This document shows, piece after piece, positions 1-10,002 of a DNA stretch of 64,000 bases. The DNA is taken from the NCBI GenBank assembly GCA_039583615.1, contig JAVKSQ010000008.1, forward strand, positions 2,766 through 66,765, written 5' to 3'. How positions within the stretch are numbered: position 1 is the first letter of the stretch; the number at the start of each line of letters is the position of its first letter. This DNA comes from Acidimicrobiales bacterium (GTDB lineage Bacteria > Actinomycetota > Acidimicrobiia > Acidimicrobiales > QHCF01). A model generated the notes under the pieces. The model saw only the letters and a program-made list of their open reading frames with translations, was not told the origin of the DNA and did no database searches. Both the position numbers and the translations under genes were made by a program.

Positions 1-1102
1 CCACGAAGGCAAAGCCGGAGAACAGCACGTTGTTGGCCAGGAAGGCTCCTTGGCGGGAGACCGGCGTGTCGATGCTGCCGTGCCCCCGCAGGCGGTCGCC
101 TCGCCACCCGATGAGCCCGACGCCGGCTGCCACCACCGCGGCAAAGAATCCCAGGATCACGGGGCCGACAGTCCCATTGGAGAAGGCGTGGACGGACTCG
201 AGCACTCCTGAGCGGGTCAGGAAGGTCCCGAGAATGGTGAGGCTGAAGGTGGCCACCAACAGGGACAAGTTCCACACCCGCAACAACCCCCGACGATCCT
301 GGCTCATGGCCGAATGGAGGTAGGCCGTGCCGCAGAGCCAGGGCAGCAGGGAGGCGTTCTCGACCGGGTCCCACGCCCAGAACCCGCCCCAGCCCAGGAC
401 CTGGTACGACCACCACGCCCCCAGGACGATGCCGACCGTGAGGAATCCCCAGGCGAGCAGCGTCCAGCGCCTCGCCTCGGCCGGCCACCTCTCGTCCAGG
501 CGCCCGGTCACCAGCCCGGCGATGGCCAGGGCAAACGGGATGGTGAAGCCGACCATGCCCAGGTAGAGCAGAGGTGGATGGAAGGCCACCAGCGGGTGGT
601 CCTGGAGGAGCGGGTTCGGACCGACGCCGTCGGCCGGCACCCCTCCGGCGACAGCTCGAAACGGGTTGGCCGGCCCCAGCATCAGGCCGAAGAAGAAGGT
701 CGAGACGGCCAAGGTGACCAGAGTCGCCCAGGCCACCAGATGGTCGGTGGCCCGGCGCCGGAAGTGCCAGACCATCAGCGCCAGGTAGCCGGCCAGGATG
801 AGCGCCCAGAGCAAGATGGACCCTTCCAGGGCGGACCACATCCCGGTGATGGTGAACAGGAGGGGCGTCTCGCGGCTGTTGTTCTCGGCCACGAAGCGAA
901 GGGAGAAGTCGTGACTCAACAAGGCGTGCTGCATCGCCCCGGTCGCCACCAGAGCGCCCAGCAGCACCAAGCCGGCGTAGATGCGACCCTGGCGGAGGGC
1001 CTCGGGGCGGCGCCTGCGGAGGCCGACGCCCAGGGTGACCACGCCCGCCAGGGCGGCCACGAAGCCGAGCAGCACGGCGCTGCGTCCCACTGCTCCGTTC
1101 AA
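1..1102 (-). CDS. ccmF: Cytochrome c-type biogenesis protein CcmF (heme lyase); N-terminal ~367 aa, 3' end lies beyond the window edge
   Basis: The minus-strand frame is open from the window edge to TTG 1100-1102, giving a TTGA overlap with the ccmE stop (alternative GTG at 1090). My translation includes ...HDFSLRFVAENNSRETPLLFTITGMWSALEGSILLW... and ...VLGWGGFWAWDPVENASLLPWL..., which is the Trp-rich WGGxWxWDPVEN heme-handling motif, with a polytopic TM pattern. It is absent from the ORF track because no stop lies inside the window. Confidence 0.85.
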   Translation of the reverse strand, partial: MNGAVGRSAVLLGFVAALAGVVTLGVGLRRRRPEALRQGRIYAGLVLLGALVATGAMQHALLSHDFSLRFVAENNSRETPLLFTITGMWSALEGSILLWALILAGYLALMVWHFRRRATDHLVAWATLVTLAVSTFFFGLMLGPANPFRAVAGGVPADGVGPNPLLQDHPLVAFHPPLLYLGMVGFTIPFALAIAGLVTGRLDERWPAEARRWTLLAWGFLTVGIVLGAWWSYQVLGWGGFWAWDPVENASLLPWLCGTAYLHSAMSQDRRGLLRVWNLSLLVATFSLTILGTFLTRSGVLESVHAFSNGTVGPVILGFFAAVVAAGVGLIGWRGDRLRGHGSIDTPVSRQGAFLANNVLFSGFAFV

Positions 1103-1629
1103 CGTGCTGAGCCGTCGGGCGCGGTCACCCGGCCAGGGTGCTTGGCCACGTAGTCGGCTGAGTGCTTGACCATGATCTGGTCGCTCAGATAGTGGTTGCC
1201 CTGGCCATCGAAATGACCGTCGAGCACGACAGGGACGTCGGGCTGGAAGAGCTGGGGGGGTGAGCCCTGGTTGGTGACCGGAACCCGCACCCCCCGACTG
1301 GCAATGACGAAGTCGACGCCGCTCGCAGTCGGCTGGACGCTGCCCGGCACCACCACCCCCTCTATCTGAAAGACGCTGGTGCCCAGCTGGCTCCTGCTGG
1401 CCACCGCCTGGTCGGCGGTCTTGAAGTAGACCAGTGAGCTCCCCAGCCCCTTGACCAGCAGGAAAGCAAGAGCGCCGACGACCACCAGGCCGGCCAGCCA
1501 CAGCCGTCGCCCGCCACCCGCCCGGGGAGCCCGGTGGCGGCCGACCTCGCCGGGCGGCCCGTCGGGAGCAGGAGGAGGTCGTTGCCTGGAGGCTGGCCCA
1601 CCGGCCAGGTCGATCGGCTGGTCGATCAA
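1099..1629 (-). CDS. ccmE: Cytochrome c maturation heme chaperone CcmE
   Basis: 176-aa ORF with one N-terminal TM helix (LWLAGLVVVGALAFLLV) and a beta-rich body. The C-terminal VKHSADYVAKHP matches the CcmE HxxxY heme-binding motif. The TTG start at 1629 overlaps the ccmD stop (TTGA). Confidence 0.85.
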   Translation of the reverse strand: MIDQPIDLAGGPASRQRPPPAPDGPPGEVGRHRAPRAGGGRRLWLAGLVVVGALAFLLVKGLGSSLVYFKTADQAVASRSQLGTSVFQIEGVVVPGSVQPTASGVDFVIASRGVRVPVTNQGSPPQLFQPDVPVVLDGHFDGQGNHYLSDQIMVKHSADYVAKHPGRVTAPDGSAR

Positions 1630-1790
1630 GAGCGTGCCTCGTGGGGCGGGGCCGGTTGGGCTTCCAGATCCCGGGACTGGGCGGAGGGCGGCTCTGAGCG
1701 CAGGGCCCGGCTGCGAAGGGCCACTCGCAGGGAATAGACGGCGAGGATGACGGCGACCACGCTGTAACCAGCCTCCACGTAGCCGCTCAT
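1626..1790 (-). CDS. ccmD: Heme exporter protein CcmD (54 aa, single TM)
   Basis: ATG at 1790 in the frame of ORF 1626..2639 gives MSGYVEAGYSVVAVILAVYSLRVALRSR.... It is small, has a single TM helix, and sits between ccmC and ccmE as in Ccm operons. Confidence 0.6.
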   Translation of the reverse strand: MSGYVEAGYSVVAVILAVYSLRVALRSRALRSEPPSAQSRDLEAQPAPPHEARS

Positions 1791-1824
1791 CGTCGGGCCG
1801 CCACCCGCGCCTCCGCTGGATCGC

Positions 1825-2703
1825 TCACGAGGTGACGGCCTCGGCGGGGGCGGCTGGCGGGCCGGGTGCCTCGGCCCGCCGCTCCGCCAGGGCCAGCTCC
1901 AGGCTCCGGTCGCCAGCCGCCGCCCCGGCGGCTTCGACCCGATAGCGATGGACGAGGAGCCAGGCGTAGAGCAAGGTGAAGGCGCAGAAGCCCAGGAGCA
2001 GGGTCCAGGCCATCGACCCGTGAATGTGGGTCTGGCCCTGGGGATTGAGCACAGTGCCGGTCTGGTGAAGGGTGTTCCACCAGTACACGGACAGGTAGCT
2101 GATGGGTACATCGGCAAAGGCCAGCAGGCCGGCCACCGCCGAGCGGCGGGCCCCGGTGCCGGGATCGGATGGCACTCGGCGCAACGCCAGGTAGCCCAGG
2201 TACAGCACCGCCAGGATCGCAGTGGTGGTGAGCCGGGCGTCCCATGTCCACCACACCCCCCAGGTCGGCCGACCCCAGATCGAGCCCGTGGCCAGGGTAA
2301 GGAGGGAGAAGACAACCCCGATCTCGGCCGACGCCCCGGCCAGGTGGTCCCAGTGAAGGCTCCTGGTGCGGGGCCATAGGTAGGCCAGGCTGGCCAGGGT
2401 GGTGACCCCGAAGGCCAGGTAGGCCACCCAGGCGACCGGAGGATGGATGTATATGAGGCGTACCAGGTCACCCTGGAACACGTCGGGCGGGGTGAGCCAC
2501 AGGCCCAGCCCGGCCGTGGCAGCAAGGCAGGCGCCAGCCGCCACTCCCAGGGCCATGGTCGCCCAGGACCGCCAGGTCCGGCCGCCGGACGAGCCAGGTC
2601 GGCGCCTGGCCGCCGCCGTACCAGGTGACGGATCACCACTCGCCGGTTGCCCGGTCGAGCTCCGGCCGGGCACGGCTCGCCCGGTGACGGCGGCGGTGGT
2701 CAT
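1825..2703 (-). CDS. ccmC: Heme exporter protein CcmC
   Basis: ORF 1825..2769 carries WGRPTWGVWWTWDARLTTT (WGxxWxWD WWD motif), the conserved His context IYIHPPVAW, and about 6 TM helices. I chose ATG 2703 because it overlaps the ccmB stop (ATGA). Confidence 0.9.
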   Translation of the reverse strand: MTTAAVTGRAVPGRSSTGQPASGDPSPGTAAARRRPGSSGGRTWRSWATMALGVAAGACLAATAGLGLWLTPPDVFQGDLVRLIYIHPPVAWVAYLAFGVTTLASLAYLWPRTRSLHWDHLAGASAEIGVVFSLLTLATGSIWGRPTWGVWWTWDARLTTTAILAVLYLGYLALRRVPSDPGTGARRSAVAGLLAFADVPISYLSVYWWNTLHQTGTVLNPQGQTHIHGSMAWTLLLGFCAFTLLYAWLLVHRYRVEAAGAAAGDRSLELALAERRAEAPGPPAAPAEAVTS

Positions 2704-3368
2704 GACTCCTCCAACAGGGCGCCGAAGGTGACCAGGCCCAAGGTGACATAGATCACGGCGAACACGCACAGCATCTCCAGCCAGCGCTCGCCGTCAGAGG
2801 GCACACCGGCCAGCCCGGCCTGCCAGGCCTTGGTGGCAGCCAGCAGGACGGGGGCCACGACCGGCATCAGCAGCAGCGGCAGCAGCGTCTCGCGTACCCG
2901 CAGACCGGCCGCCAGTGCGGCGTAGACGGTGCCGGCCGCGGCCAGGCCGGCGGTGGCAGCCAGGGAGGTGGCCACCAGGAGCAGGGCACCATGCAAGCGG
3001 GCGTCGTAGAGGACCACGGTGGCCCCGGCCAGGATCAGCTCCAGGACGAGCAGCTGGGCAGCCACCGCTCCTGCCTTGCCGAGGAAGATGCCGGCTGGAT
3101 CGAGCCCCGAGAGGCGCAGGCCGTCCCTGGCTGAGTCGGCTGCCTCCAGGGCGAAGCTGCGCTGGACCGCCAGTACCGCCGAGAACAGGACAGCCACCCA
3201 TAACAGGCCGGCCGTCGCCTGCGACAGCACCCGCCTGTCGGGGCCGAGGGCAAAGGCGAAGAGCACCAGGACGAGCACGGCGAAGGGCACCACCTGGTTG
3301 ACAGCCACCCGTGAACGGGCTTCGACCCTCAGGTCCTTGCCCGCCACCAGCAGGGCGTCACGCCACAT
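2700..3368 (-). CDS. ccmB: Heme exporter permease CcmB
   Basis: ORF 2700..3416 is polytopic and hydrophobic, with [20 protein letters not shown]... typical of a CcmB N-terminus, and lies between ccmA and ccmC. The start is either ATG 3368 (preferred) or ATG 3416. Confidence 0.8.
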   Translation of the reverse strand: MWRDALLVAGKDLRVEARSRVAVNQVVPFAVLVLVLFAFALGPDRRVLSQATAGLLWVAVLFSAVLAVQRSFALEAADSARDGLRLSGLDPAGIFLGKAGAVAAQLLVLELILAGATVVLYDARLHGALLLVATSLAATAGLAAAGTVYAALAAGLRVRETLLPLLLMPVVAPVLLAATKAWQAGLAGVPSDGERWLEMLCVFAVIYVTLGLVTFGALLEES

Positions 3369-4110
3369 GGGACCGCCCGGGAGGTGAGCCCGAGACACTG
3401 ACCCGCTCCCGGACAAGATGGCCGAGCGCCGGCCATCCGCCGTCCGCCAGGGCTCGTCCGCCCGGCGGGGCCTGGTCCAAGACCCGCCCGCCGGCCATGC
3501 TCACCCTCCGGTGGGCCAGGACACTGGCCCGAGCCGGCTCGTGAGAGGCCACTACCACCGCGGCGCCGGCCGCAGCCGCCTCCGCCACCATCTGGTCGAG
3601 GACATCTCGTCCGGACTGGTCGAGGCCGGCATGGGGCTCGTCGAGCAACCATAGAGCGGGAGCGCGGGCGGCGAGCACCGACAAGGCCACCCGCCGCCGC
3701 TGGCCCGAGGAGAGGGAACCCACCCTGGTTGAAGCCAGCCGGCCGGCCAGACCCAGTCGGTCAAGGACGGGTGCCACAGCACCGACCGGCACGCGGGCAG
3801 CCCTCAGGGCGAAGGTCAGGTTCTCGATGACGCTCAGGTCGTCGTAGAGGAAGGTAGCGTGACCCAGCATGCCGACGCTGCCCCGAATCGACCGACGGTC
3901 GTTTCGGAGATTGTGGCCGAGCACCTCGGCCTCGCCATCCACCACGGCCAGCAGCCCGGCACAAGCGCGTAGCAAGCTGGTCTTGCCGGCCCCGTTGGAG
4001 CCCTCGACCAGCACCACCTCACCGGACGAGACCTCCAGGTCGACGCCCGAGAGCACCGGGAAGCGCCCGGCCAGGGCGACGGCAGCACGGAAGTGGATGG
4101 CAGGGGCCAT
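3358..4110 (-). CDS. ccmA: Heme exporter ABC ATPase CcmA
   Basis: Walker [13 protein letters not shown] signature LSSGQRRRV and Walker B LWLLDEP. The start is ATG 4110 (MAPAIHF...). The 111 aa upstream of it in track ORF 3358..4443 (SACWVSAC...) are an antisense reading of the tandem repeat. Confidence 0.9.
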   Translation of the reverse strand: MAPAIHFRAAVALAGRFPVLSGVDLEVSSGEVVLVEGSNGAGKTSLLRACAGLLAVVDGEAEVLGHNLRNDRRSIRGSVGMLGHATFLYDDLSVIENLTFALRAARVPVGAVAPVLDRLGLAGRLASTRVGSLSSGQRRRVALSVLAARAPALWLLDEPHAGLDQSGRDVLDQMVAEAAAAGAAVVVASHEPARASVLAHRRVSMAGGRVLDQAPPGGRALADGGWPALGHLVRERVSVSGSPPGRSHVA

Positions 4111-5368
4111 TTCGTTCGCCGGCCATGCTAGGAGGCCGGAGGACCAGAATTCCAAGCAGGCGGAGACCAAGCAGGCGGAGACCCAGCAGGCGGAGACCCA
4201 GCAGGCGGAGACCGAGCAGGCGCAGACCGAGCAGGCGGAGACCCAGCAGGCGGAGACCCAGCAGGCGGAGACCCAGCAGGCGGAGACCGAGCAGGCGGAG
4301 ACCCAGCAGGCGGAGACCCAGCAGGCGGAGACCGAGCAGGCGGAGACCGAGCAGGCGGAGACCCAGCAGGCGGAGACCGAGCAGGCGGAGACCGAGCAGG
4401 CGAAGCGTCGGGGTCGGCACCGCCGGCGGCGACCGCCGGTCAAAGGGCGCCGGAGGCCCGTCAGCCTGGGGAGGCGGGTGGTGGGCGGCGTGGGGCGGAC
4501 CCTCGTCGGCGCCGGCGTCCTCCTGTTGCTCTTCGTCGCCTACCAGCTGGCGGGGACCAACGTTGCCGAAGCCCACAGCCAGACCGCCCTGCGCCAGGCG
4601 TTCAGCCGCCAGCTCCATGCGCAACCTGCCACCACGGTCCCCGCCCCCGCCAGCACCTTGCCCGCGGCCAGCCCACCGGCGCCCCCCCTGCCCGGCCCGC
4701 CGCCTGCCGAGGGCACTCCGGTGGCCACCATGCACATCCCCAAGATCGGTCTGGACAAGGTGGTGATCCAAGGGGTCGGCACCGACGACCTGCGCCAGGC
4801 ACCAGGCCACTACCCGAGCACCTCCATGCTCGGCCAGCCCGGCAACGCCGCGGTGGCCGGCCATCGCACCACCTACGGGGCGCCCTTCTACCGGCTCGAC
4901 GAGCTGACCCAGGGAGACCCCATCTATGTCAACACCTCCCAGGGCGCCTTCGAGTACGACGTGGCCAAGACCACGATCGTCAACCCCTCCGACGTCTCGG
5001 TGCTCGATCCCACCCCCGGGGCCCAGCTCACCCTGACGACCTGCAACCCCCGTTTCAGTGCCGCCCAGCGCCTGGTGGTGGTAGCCGACCTGGTGAGCCG
5101 GCCGGCCCCCGCCACGGCCCAGGGGGCGCCAGCTACCCGCCGGGCCCCCCCGTCGCTCAGCCTGTCCGGACGGCAGGTCCCGCTGCTGGCGGTGGTGGCC
5201 TGGGGCATCGGGCTGGTCCTGGTGGCCCTGTTGGTGTGGCTGGTGGCCAGGAGCCGCTACACCCGCTGGCGCCGGGCCGTGGCCTACACAGTCGGTGCCC
5301 TGCCGTTCCTCGCCGTGCTCTTCTTCTTCTTCACCGCACTGAGCCCCCTCCTCCCGGCCCAGTACTGA
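4097..5368 (+). CDS. srtE: Class E-type sortase (transpeptidase) with a repeat-containing N-terminus; start uncertain
   Basis: Catalytic contexts: [11 protein letters not shown] (His), LTLTTCNP (TLxTC Cys), AAQRLVVVA (Arg). A TM helix ([16 protein letters not shown]) precedes the catalytic domain, and there are two further hydrophobic helices at the C-terminus. The only in-frame start upstream of the repeat is ATG 4097, which overlaps the ccmA start by 14 nt; the next candidates are GTG 4478/4481/4490. Confidence 0.8.
   Translation: MAGAISFAGHARRPEDQNSKQAETKQAETQQAETQQAETEQAQTEQAETQQAETQQAETQQAETEQAETQQAETQQAETEQAETEQAETQQAETEQAETEQAKRRGRHRRRRPPVKGRRRPVSLGRRVVGGVGRTLVGAGVLLLLFVAYQLAGTNVAEAHSQTALRQAFSRQLHAQPATTVPAPASTLPAASPPAPPLPGPPPAEGTPVATMHIPKIGLDKVVIQGVGTDDLRQAPGHYPSTSMLGQPGNAAVAGHRTTYGAPFYRLDELTQGDPIYVNTSQGAFEYDVAKTTIVNPSDVSVLDPTPGAQLTLTTCNPRFSAAQRLVVVADLVSRPAPATAQGAPATRRAPPSLSLSGRQVPLLAVVAWGIGLVLVALLVWLVARSRYTRWRRAVAYTVGALPFLAVLFFFFTALSPLLPAQY
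4154..4408. repeat. 15-bp tandem repeat, about 17 units, consensus (a/c/g)AGCAGGCGGAGACC
   Basis: Read directly: head-to-tail units from 4154. The only variation is in the first base (aag/cag/gag) plus one gcgGag>gcgCag change. No stop codons occur in at least 4 reading frames (track ORFs 3869+, 4125+, 3358-, 4019- all read through). Confidence 0.95.
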
Positions 5369-5411
5369 TACCCCCTTGTACGGACGGCCTCCACCGGTCA
5401 CACTGGCGAGC

Positions 5412-5693
5412 ATGATCGCACTCATCATCGTGTGGCTGGTGACCGGCCTCATCGTGGGGGCCCTCGGTCGACTGCTCGTCCCGGGCCCCAATCCTATGGG
5501 CATCCTCGCCACCGCCCTGGTGGGTCTGGGCGGGTCCCTCGTCGGCACGCTCATCGGGCGCTTGATCTTCGGCCCCGGGTACACCGCCGGGATCGTCCTG
5601 TCGGTCCTCGGTGCTGCCCTCCTGGTCTACGCCTTCCAGGGTCGAGGAGGGGGCCGAGCCCGGCGTCTCGGCGCCTGGGGGAGACGCATCTGA
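5412..5693 (+). CDS. GlsB/YeaQ/YmgE family (transglycosylase-associated) small membrane protein
   Basis: MIALIIVWLVTGLIVGALGRLLVPG...GILATALVGLGGSLVG is a Gly-rich three-helix pattern typical of this family. ATG 5412 lies in the frame of ORF 5376..5693. Confidence 0.7.
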   Translation: MIALIIVWLVTGLIVGALGRLLVPGPNPMGILATALVGLGGSLVGTLIGRLIFGPGYTAGIVLSVLGAALLVYAFQGRGGGRARRLGAWGRRI

Positions 5694-5746
5694 GCCCGCC
5701 AGGGCCTGGTTCGCCGGCCCGCTGAGGGACCGGCAGGCAGTGGTGC

Positions 5747-6769
5747 TCAGCCGGGGCAGGTGCGGGCCAGGAACCGCGCCAGAGCCTGGTAGTAGGCCAT
5801 CGGATCGGCCTGGTACTCGCCGCCGTGGCCCGCTCCCGGCACCGGTCGGTAGGTGACCAGGCGCGGCAGGGCGCGGGCGAAGTCGGCGGCCACCGACAGC
5901 GGGACTGCGGTGTCGGCGCCCGCCTGGAACAACAAGATGGGCACGTGCAGGCCGCCGGCATGGGCCACCTGGTCCAGCTCCGAGAAGTCCACCCCGGCCC
6001 GCAGGTGGATAGCCTCCTCCCCGAGGTCGCTGATCATCCAGGCCAGCGGGCCGGGCACTCCCCGGCGACGGGCCCCGTTGGTGAAGACGCCGCCCCAGTC
6101 CAGCACCGGTGAGTCCAGCACGACACCGCAGACCGACCCCGCCGGCGAGTGCCGGACGTCCTGGAGGACCATCTCCGCCCCCATGGACGAGCCCACCAGG
6201 GCTACTCGTCGAGCCCCCCGCCGGCGGGCATAGGCCACGGCGGCGGCCACGTCGTGCCACTCCGTCTGGCCCAGGTGGGTGTGTCCGGGCGGGCTCTCCG
6301 GTGGCGCCCCAGGGTCGCCCCGGTAGCTCACCAGCAGGGCTGGGAACCCCAGCTGGCGCAGCATGGGCAGGAGGTACTCGCCGTCCGCCAGAGTGGCGCC
6401 GTAGCCGTGCACGAACAGCACCCAGGTGGCCCGCCGCCCACCCGCCAGCCAGGCAGGCATCGCCCCCAGGGGGTCAGGGACCGCCTCCCGGGTCACGTCC
6501 GGTGGCGGCTCGGGCAGGCTGGCCGCACCGGTGCGGCCGACGGCCATCGATCCGTTGCGCAGGTCGAGCACCTGGCCCGAGAACCACCAGCCGAACCCGG
6601 CGGCCGCTCCGGCCAGCACGGTGGCCACCACCACCACCAGGACGACCAGTCGACGAGCCAGGTGACTCAGAGGCTGGCCGTCGCCTATCGCTGCTGGTGC
6701 TCGACCAGCTTGATGTCGGACTCCACCATGGCGGCCACCAGCCCGGCGAAGTCGACCTCGCGCTGCCAT
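5747..6769 (-). CDS. Membrane-anchored alpha/beta hydrolase (serine hydrolase)
   Basis: N-terminal TM helix [24 protein letters not shown] motif LFVHGYG, nucleophile elbow GSSMG, and C-terminal GAGHGG. ATG 6769 would overlap the end of gmd by 85 nt, so the true start is uncertain. Confidence 0.75.
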   Translation of the reverse strand: MAARGRLRRAGGRHGGVRHQAGRAPAAIGDGQPLSHLARRLVVLVVVVATVLAGAAAGFGWWFSGQVLDLRNGSMAVGRTGAASLPEPPPDVTREAVPDPLGAMPAWLAGGRRATWVLFVHGYGATLADGEYLLPMLRQLGFPALLVSYRGDPGAPPESPPGHTHLGQTEWHDVAAAVAYARRRGARRVALVGSSMGAEMVLQDVRHSPAGSVCGVVLDSPVLDWGGVFTNGARRRGVPGPLAWMISDLGEEAIHLRAGVDFSELDQVAHAGGLHVPILLFQAGADTAVPLSVAADFARALPRLVTYRPVPGAGHGGEYQADPMAYYQALARFLARTCPG

Positions 6770-7656
6770 CCGAGCACCGCCGCCGCCTTCGAGGCATCAC
6801 CGACCAGCAGGTCGACCTCGGCCGGCCGCCTGAAGCGCTCGTCCACCACCACATGGTCGCGGTAATCCAGCCCGGCGTGGGCGAAGGCCAGCTGGCAGAG
6901 GTCGCGAACCGAATGGGTCTCACCGGTGGCCACCACGTAGTCGCCCGGCTGGTCCTGGCCCAGCATCAGCCACATGGCTCGGACATAGTCGGGGGCGTAG
7001 CCCCAGTCTCGCTGGGCGTCGAGGTTTCCGAGCGCCAGGACCTTCTCCAGGCCGGCTCTGATCCGGGCAGCTCCATAGGTGATCTTGCGGGTGACGAACT
7101 CGAGGCCTCGCCGGGGGCTCTCGTGGTTGAACAGGATCCCCGAGGAGGCGTGCAGGCCGTAGCTCTCCCGGTAGTTGACGGTGATCCAGTGGCCATAGAC
7201 CTTGGCCACCCCATAGGGGCTGCGGGGATAGAACGAGGTGCCCTCCCGCTGGGGGACCTCTTGGACCTTGCCGAACATCTCGCTGGAGCTGGCCTGGTAG
7301 AAGCGGATCTCCGGGTCCACTATGCGGATGGCGTCGAGCATCCGGGTGACCCCCAGGGCGGTCGTCTCGCCAGTGAGCACCGGCTGGCCCCAGGACGTCT
7401 GCACGAACGACTGGGCCGCCAGGTTGTACACCTCCTGCGGGCGCTGGTCCCGCAGCAGGTTGATCATCGACACCTCGTCGAGCAGGTCGCCGGCCACCAG
7501 GGTGATGCGATCCTGGATGTGGGCTATTCGCTCGAAATTGACCGTGCTGCTACGGCGGATCATGCCCACCACCTCGTAGCCCTGCCGGAGGAGGAACTCG
7601 GCCAGGTAGGAGCCGTCCTGGCCGGTGATGCCGGTGATCAATACTCGCTGGGCCAT
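6685..7656 (-). CDS. gmd: GDP-mannose 4,6-dehydratase
   Basis: [23 protein letters not shown] (GxxGxxG Rossmann), ...YNLAAQSFV..., SSSEMFG, YGVAKVY (YxxxK), NHESPRRG. Start at ATG 7656 in ORF 6685..7881. Confidence 0.95.
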   Translation of the reverse strand: MAQRVLITGITGQDGSYLAEFLLRQGYEVVGMIRRSSTVNFERIAHIQDRITLVAGDLLDEVSMINLLRDQRPQEVYNLAAQSFVQTSWGQPVLTGETTALGVTRMLDAIRIVDPEIRFYQASSSEMFGKVQEVPQREGTSFYPRSPYGVAKVYGHWITVNYRESYGLHASSGILFNHESPRRGLEFVTRKITYGAARIRAGLEKVLALGNLDAQRDWGYAPDYVRAMWLMLGQDQPGDYVVATGETHSVRDLCQLAFAHAGLDYRDHVVVDERFRRPAEVDLLVGDASKAAAVLGWQREVDFAGLVAAMVESDIKLVEHQQR

Positions 7657-7852
7657 CGCCACGACGGTAGCGCCCTGGCATCCCGACCGCCGCCGTCGTG
7701 TCCTTTCGCCTCGGTGGCGCCGGCTGGTCAACCTGGTGACCCGGGGGCCCCGGCGGCCGCGCCCCGCTGGGGCGGTGGCGTCCGAGTGGGACGGGGGTGG
7801 CGGATCCCAGTGGGACAATGGCGCGGTGGTCGGGAGAGACAGGGGCGAAGAC

Positions 7853-8965
7853 GTGGTGAGGGCCAAGGCAGCGGTCCTCACCCAGGTCGGCCGGGCGCTG
7901 GAGATCCGAGGTGACGTGGCGGTGGCGGCCCCCCGGGCCGGCGAGGTCAGGGTCCGTATCTGCGCCTCGGGGGTATGTCACTCCGACCTGTCCATGCAAA
8001 ACGGCACCCTCTTGGCGGCCACCCCCATGGTGCTCGGGCACGAAGGGGCTGGGGTGATCGAGCAGGTCGGCCCCGACGCCGGCGACCTCGCCCCGGGCGA
8101 CCACGTGGTCGTATCCTGGGTAGCTCAGTGCGGCCAGTGCTTCTGGTGCTCCAGGGGCCAGCCCCAGCTCTGCGAGGTGGCCAGGGCGTCGATGGCCACC
8201 GGAGGCCTGCTGGACGGCACCACCCGGATGAGCTCGGGCGGGAGGGCACTGCACCAGATGGCCGGAGCCGGCACCTTCTCCGAGGTGACCGTCGTCCCGG
8301 CCATCGGGGTGGTGAGGATCCCGGAGGACCTCGACCTGCGGCTGGCTGCTCTGATCGGCTGCGCCGTGCTGACCGGCGTCGGGGCGGCCACCAACACGGC
8401 CGACATCGCCGACGGCGACACGGTGGCCGTGCTGGGCTGCGGCGGGGTGGGCCTCAACGTCATCCAGGGGGCCTGCCTGGCCGGGGCGAGAGAGGTCATC
8501 GCCATCGACGTGAACGACTCCAAGCTGGGGCTGGCCGCCCAGTTCGGGGCCAGCGCCACCGTGAACGCCAGGGAGGGCGACCCGGTGAGCGCGGTGATGT
8601 CCATGACCGCCGAGCGGGGGGCCGACGTGGTCTTCGAGGTCATCGGCCTCCAGGCCACCATCGACCAGACCCTGGCCATGACCCGGCGGGGGGGCCAGGC
8701 CATCCTGGTCGGCGTGCCGGCCATGGACGCCATGGTCAACCTGCCGGCGTTCTTGGGGGTGGTCCTGTCGGAGAAGACGATCCGGGGCTGCTGGTACGGC
8801 TCCTCGGACGTCCGGCGCGACGTGCCCCGCCTGATCGGGCTCTACCGCTCCGGCCGGCTCAAGCTGGAGGAGCTGGTGTCCCGCACCATCGGCTTGGAGG
8901 ATGTGAACCGCGCCTTTGCCGCCATGGCGGCGGGCGAGGTGGCCCGCTCGGTCATCGTGCACTGA
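7853..8965 (+). CDS. Zn-dependent alcohol dehydrogenase (class III / mycothiol-dependent formaldehyde dehydrogenase-like)
   Basis: [19 protein letters not shown], a structural-Zn Cys cluster ([15 protein letters not shown]) and the NAD fold VLGCGGVGL. The start is GTG 7853 (VVRAKAAVL...), in the frame of ORF 7625..8965. Confidence 0.85.
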   Translation: MVRAKAAVLTQVGRALEIRGDVAVAAPRAGEVRVRICASGVCHSDLSMQNGTLLAATPMVLGHEGAGVIEQVGPDAGDLAPGDHVVVSWVAQCGQCFWCSRGQPQLCEVARASMATGGLLDGTTRMSSGGRALHQMAGAGTFSEVTVVPAIGVVRIPEDLDLRLAALIGCAVLTGVGAATNTADIADGDTVAVLGCGGVGLNVIQGACLAGAREVIAIDVNDSKLGLAAQFGASATVNAREGDPVSAVMSMTAERGADVVFEVIGLQATIDQTLAMTRRGGQAILVGVPAMDAMVNLPAFLGVVLSEKTIRGCWYGSSDVRRDVPRLIGLYRSGRLKLEELVSRTIGLEDVNRAFAAMAAGEVARSVIVH

Positions 8966-8970
8966 CTCGA

Positions 8971-10002
8971 TCAGCCGGGTCGGACCTCGACGACCGTGCG
9001 CAGGGCGACGGCGCTCTCACCCCCCACCAGGTAGCCCACCCCTCCAGCCGCCGCCGCTCCGGGCATGGAGACCGCCTCGGGGAGCGAGCCGGCCGGCGCC
9101 ACCCGCGCCGTGGCCGGGTCGAGGCGCCACATGGCCGGGCTGGCATGGCCCCCGACCAGGCCCCCGACCACCAGCAGGGTCCCGTCCACCACCAGGGCGG
9201 CGGCGTGGCTCAGGGCGACGGGCAGCGTCCCGGCCACCGTCGCCTGGCCGGTGCGGGGGTCGATCCGCTGGATGTAGGTGGTGGCAGGGCTGGTGTCCGT
9301 CCCGCCCGGGCCCACCCCCCCCAGGACCCACACGTAGGGCCCGAGGGCGGCGGCCGCCGCATAGCGCACCGGGTGGGGCAGGCGGGCCACGGTCCGGAAG
9401 GTCGACCCGTCCCTGGTGGCCAGCACCGCCGGGTCGTTGGTGGCGCCGTCGAAGCCCCCCACCACGTAGGCGACCCCACCGGCGCTGGCCACCGAGAGGT
9501 CGGCCCGGGGCCGGGGGAGGTGGCCGACCACCACGGCGGCGGGGCGACCCGCAGAGAAGGCCTGCACCGCGTCGTGGACCGTGGTGGCACCGCCTCCCAG
9601 GACCAGCAGCCGCCCGCCGAGGGCCGCCCCGCCGGCATCGTGGGAGGCCTGGGGCAGCTGGCCCACCTGGCTGACCCTTCCGGTGGCCGGGTCGATCTGG
9701 AATATGCCCGAGGACGAGGTGTCCCCGGCGGTCAGCCCGCCGAGGACCACCAGGTCGGGCCCGTCAGCCAGGACCACCGGGCGGGACACCGGGGCCGGCA
9801 GCTGCCAGGGGGCCAGCGTGGCGCGGAACGAGGCCGGCGGGCCGGCCCTGAGCGCTCCCCCGTTGGCCGCCGTGGTCCTGCCCGGCCGCCCGGCGGTGGT
9901 GGGCCCAGAGCGGCAGGCGCCGGCCACCAGGGCGAGGGCGAGCGCCAGGGCCAGGCCAGCCGCCATGGCGGGTCTTCCCGGGGCGGGGGATCTCATGGTC
10001 AT
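8971..10002 (-). CDS. Secreted or lipoprotein-like Kelch-repeat beta-propeller protein
   Basis: Signal peptide MTMRSPAPGRPAMAAGLALALALALVAGAC, followed by repeated ...VLGG / VVGG...G... blades (LVVLGGL, LLVLGGG, AYVVGGF, VWVLGGV, LLVVGGL, GYLVGGE). ATG 10002 overlaps the upstream stop (ATGA). Confidence 0.7.
   Translation of the reverse strand: MTMRSPAPGRPAMAAGLALALALALVAGACRSGPTTAGRPGRTTAANGGALRAGPPASFRATLAPWQLPAPVSRPVVLADGPDLVVLGGLTAGDTSSSGIFQIDPATGRVSQVGQLPQASHDAGGAALGGRLLVLGGGATTVHDAVQAFSAGRPAAVVVGHLPRPRADLSVASAGGVAYVVGGFDGATNDPAVLATRDGSTFRTVARLPHPVRYAAAAALGPYVWVLGGVGPGGTDTSPATTYIQRIDPRTGQATVAGTLPVALSHAAALVVDGTLLVVGGLVGGHASPAMWRLDPATARVAPAGSLPEAVSMPGAAAAGGVGYLVGGESAVALRTVVEVRPG

Noticed and set aside
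4154-4408. Possible CRISPR array, because of regularly repeated short units.
   Set aside because: The units are contiguous with no spacers, only 15 bp long, and no cas genes are nearby. It is a simple tandem repeat.
4111-4443. N-terminal extension of ccmA (MTGGRRRR...[13 protein letters not shown]...) suggested by track ORF 3358..4443.
   Set aside because: The Cys/Ser/Trp periodic sequence is simply the reverse-complement reading of the 15-bp tandem repeat. The conserved CcmA sequence begins at ATG 4110, just before the Walker A region.
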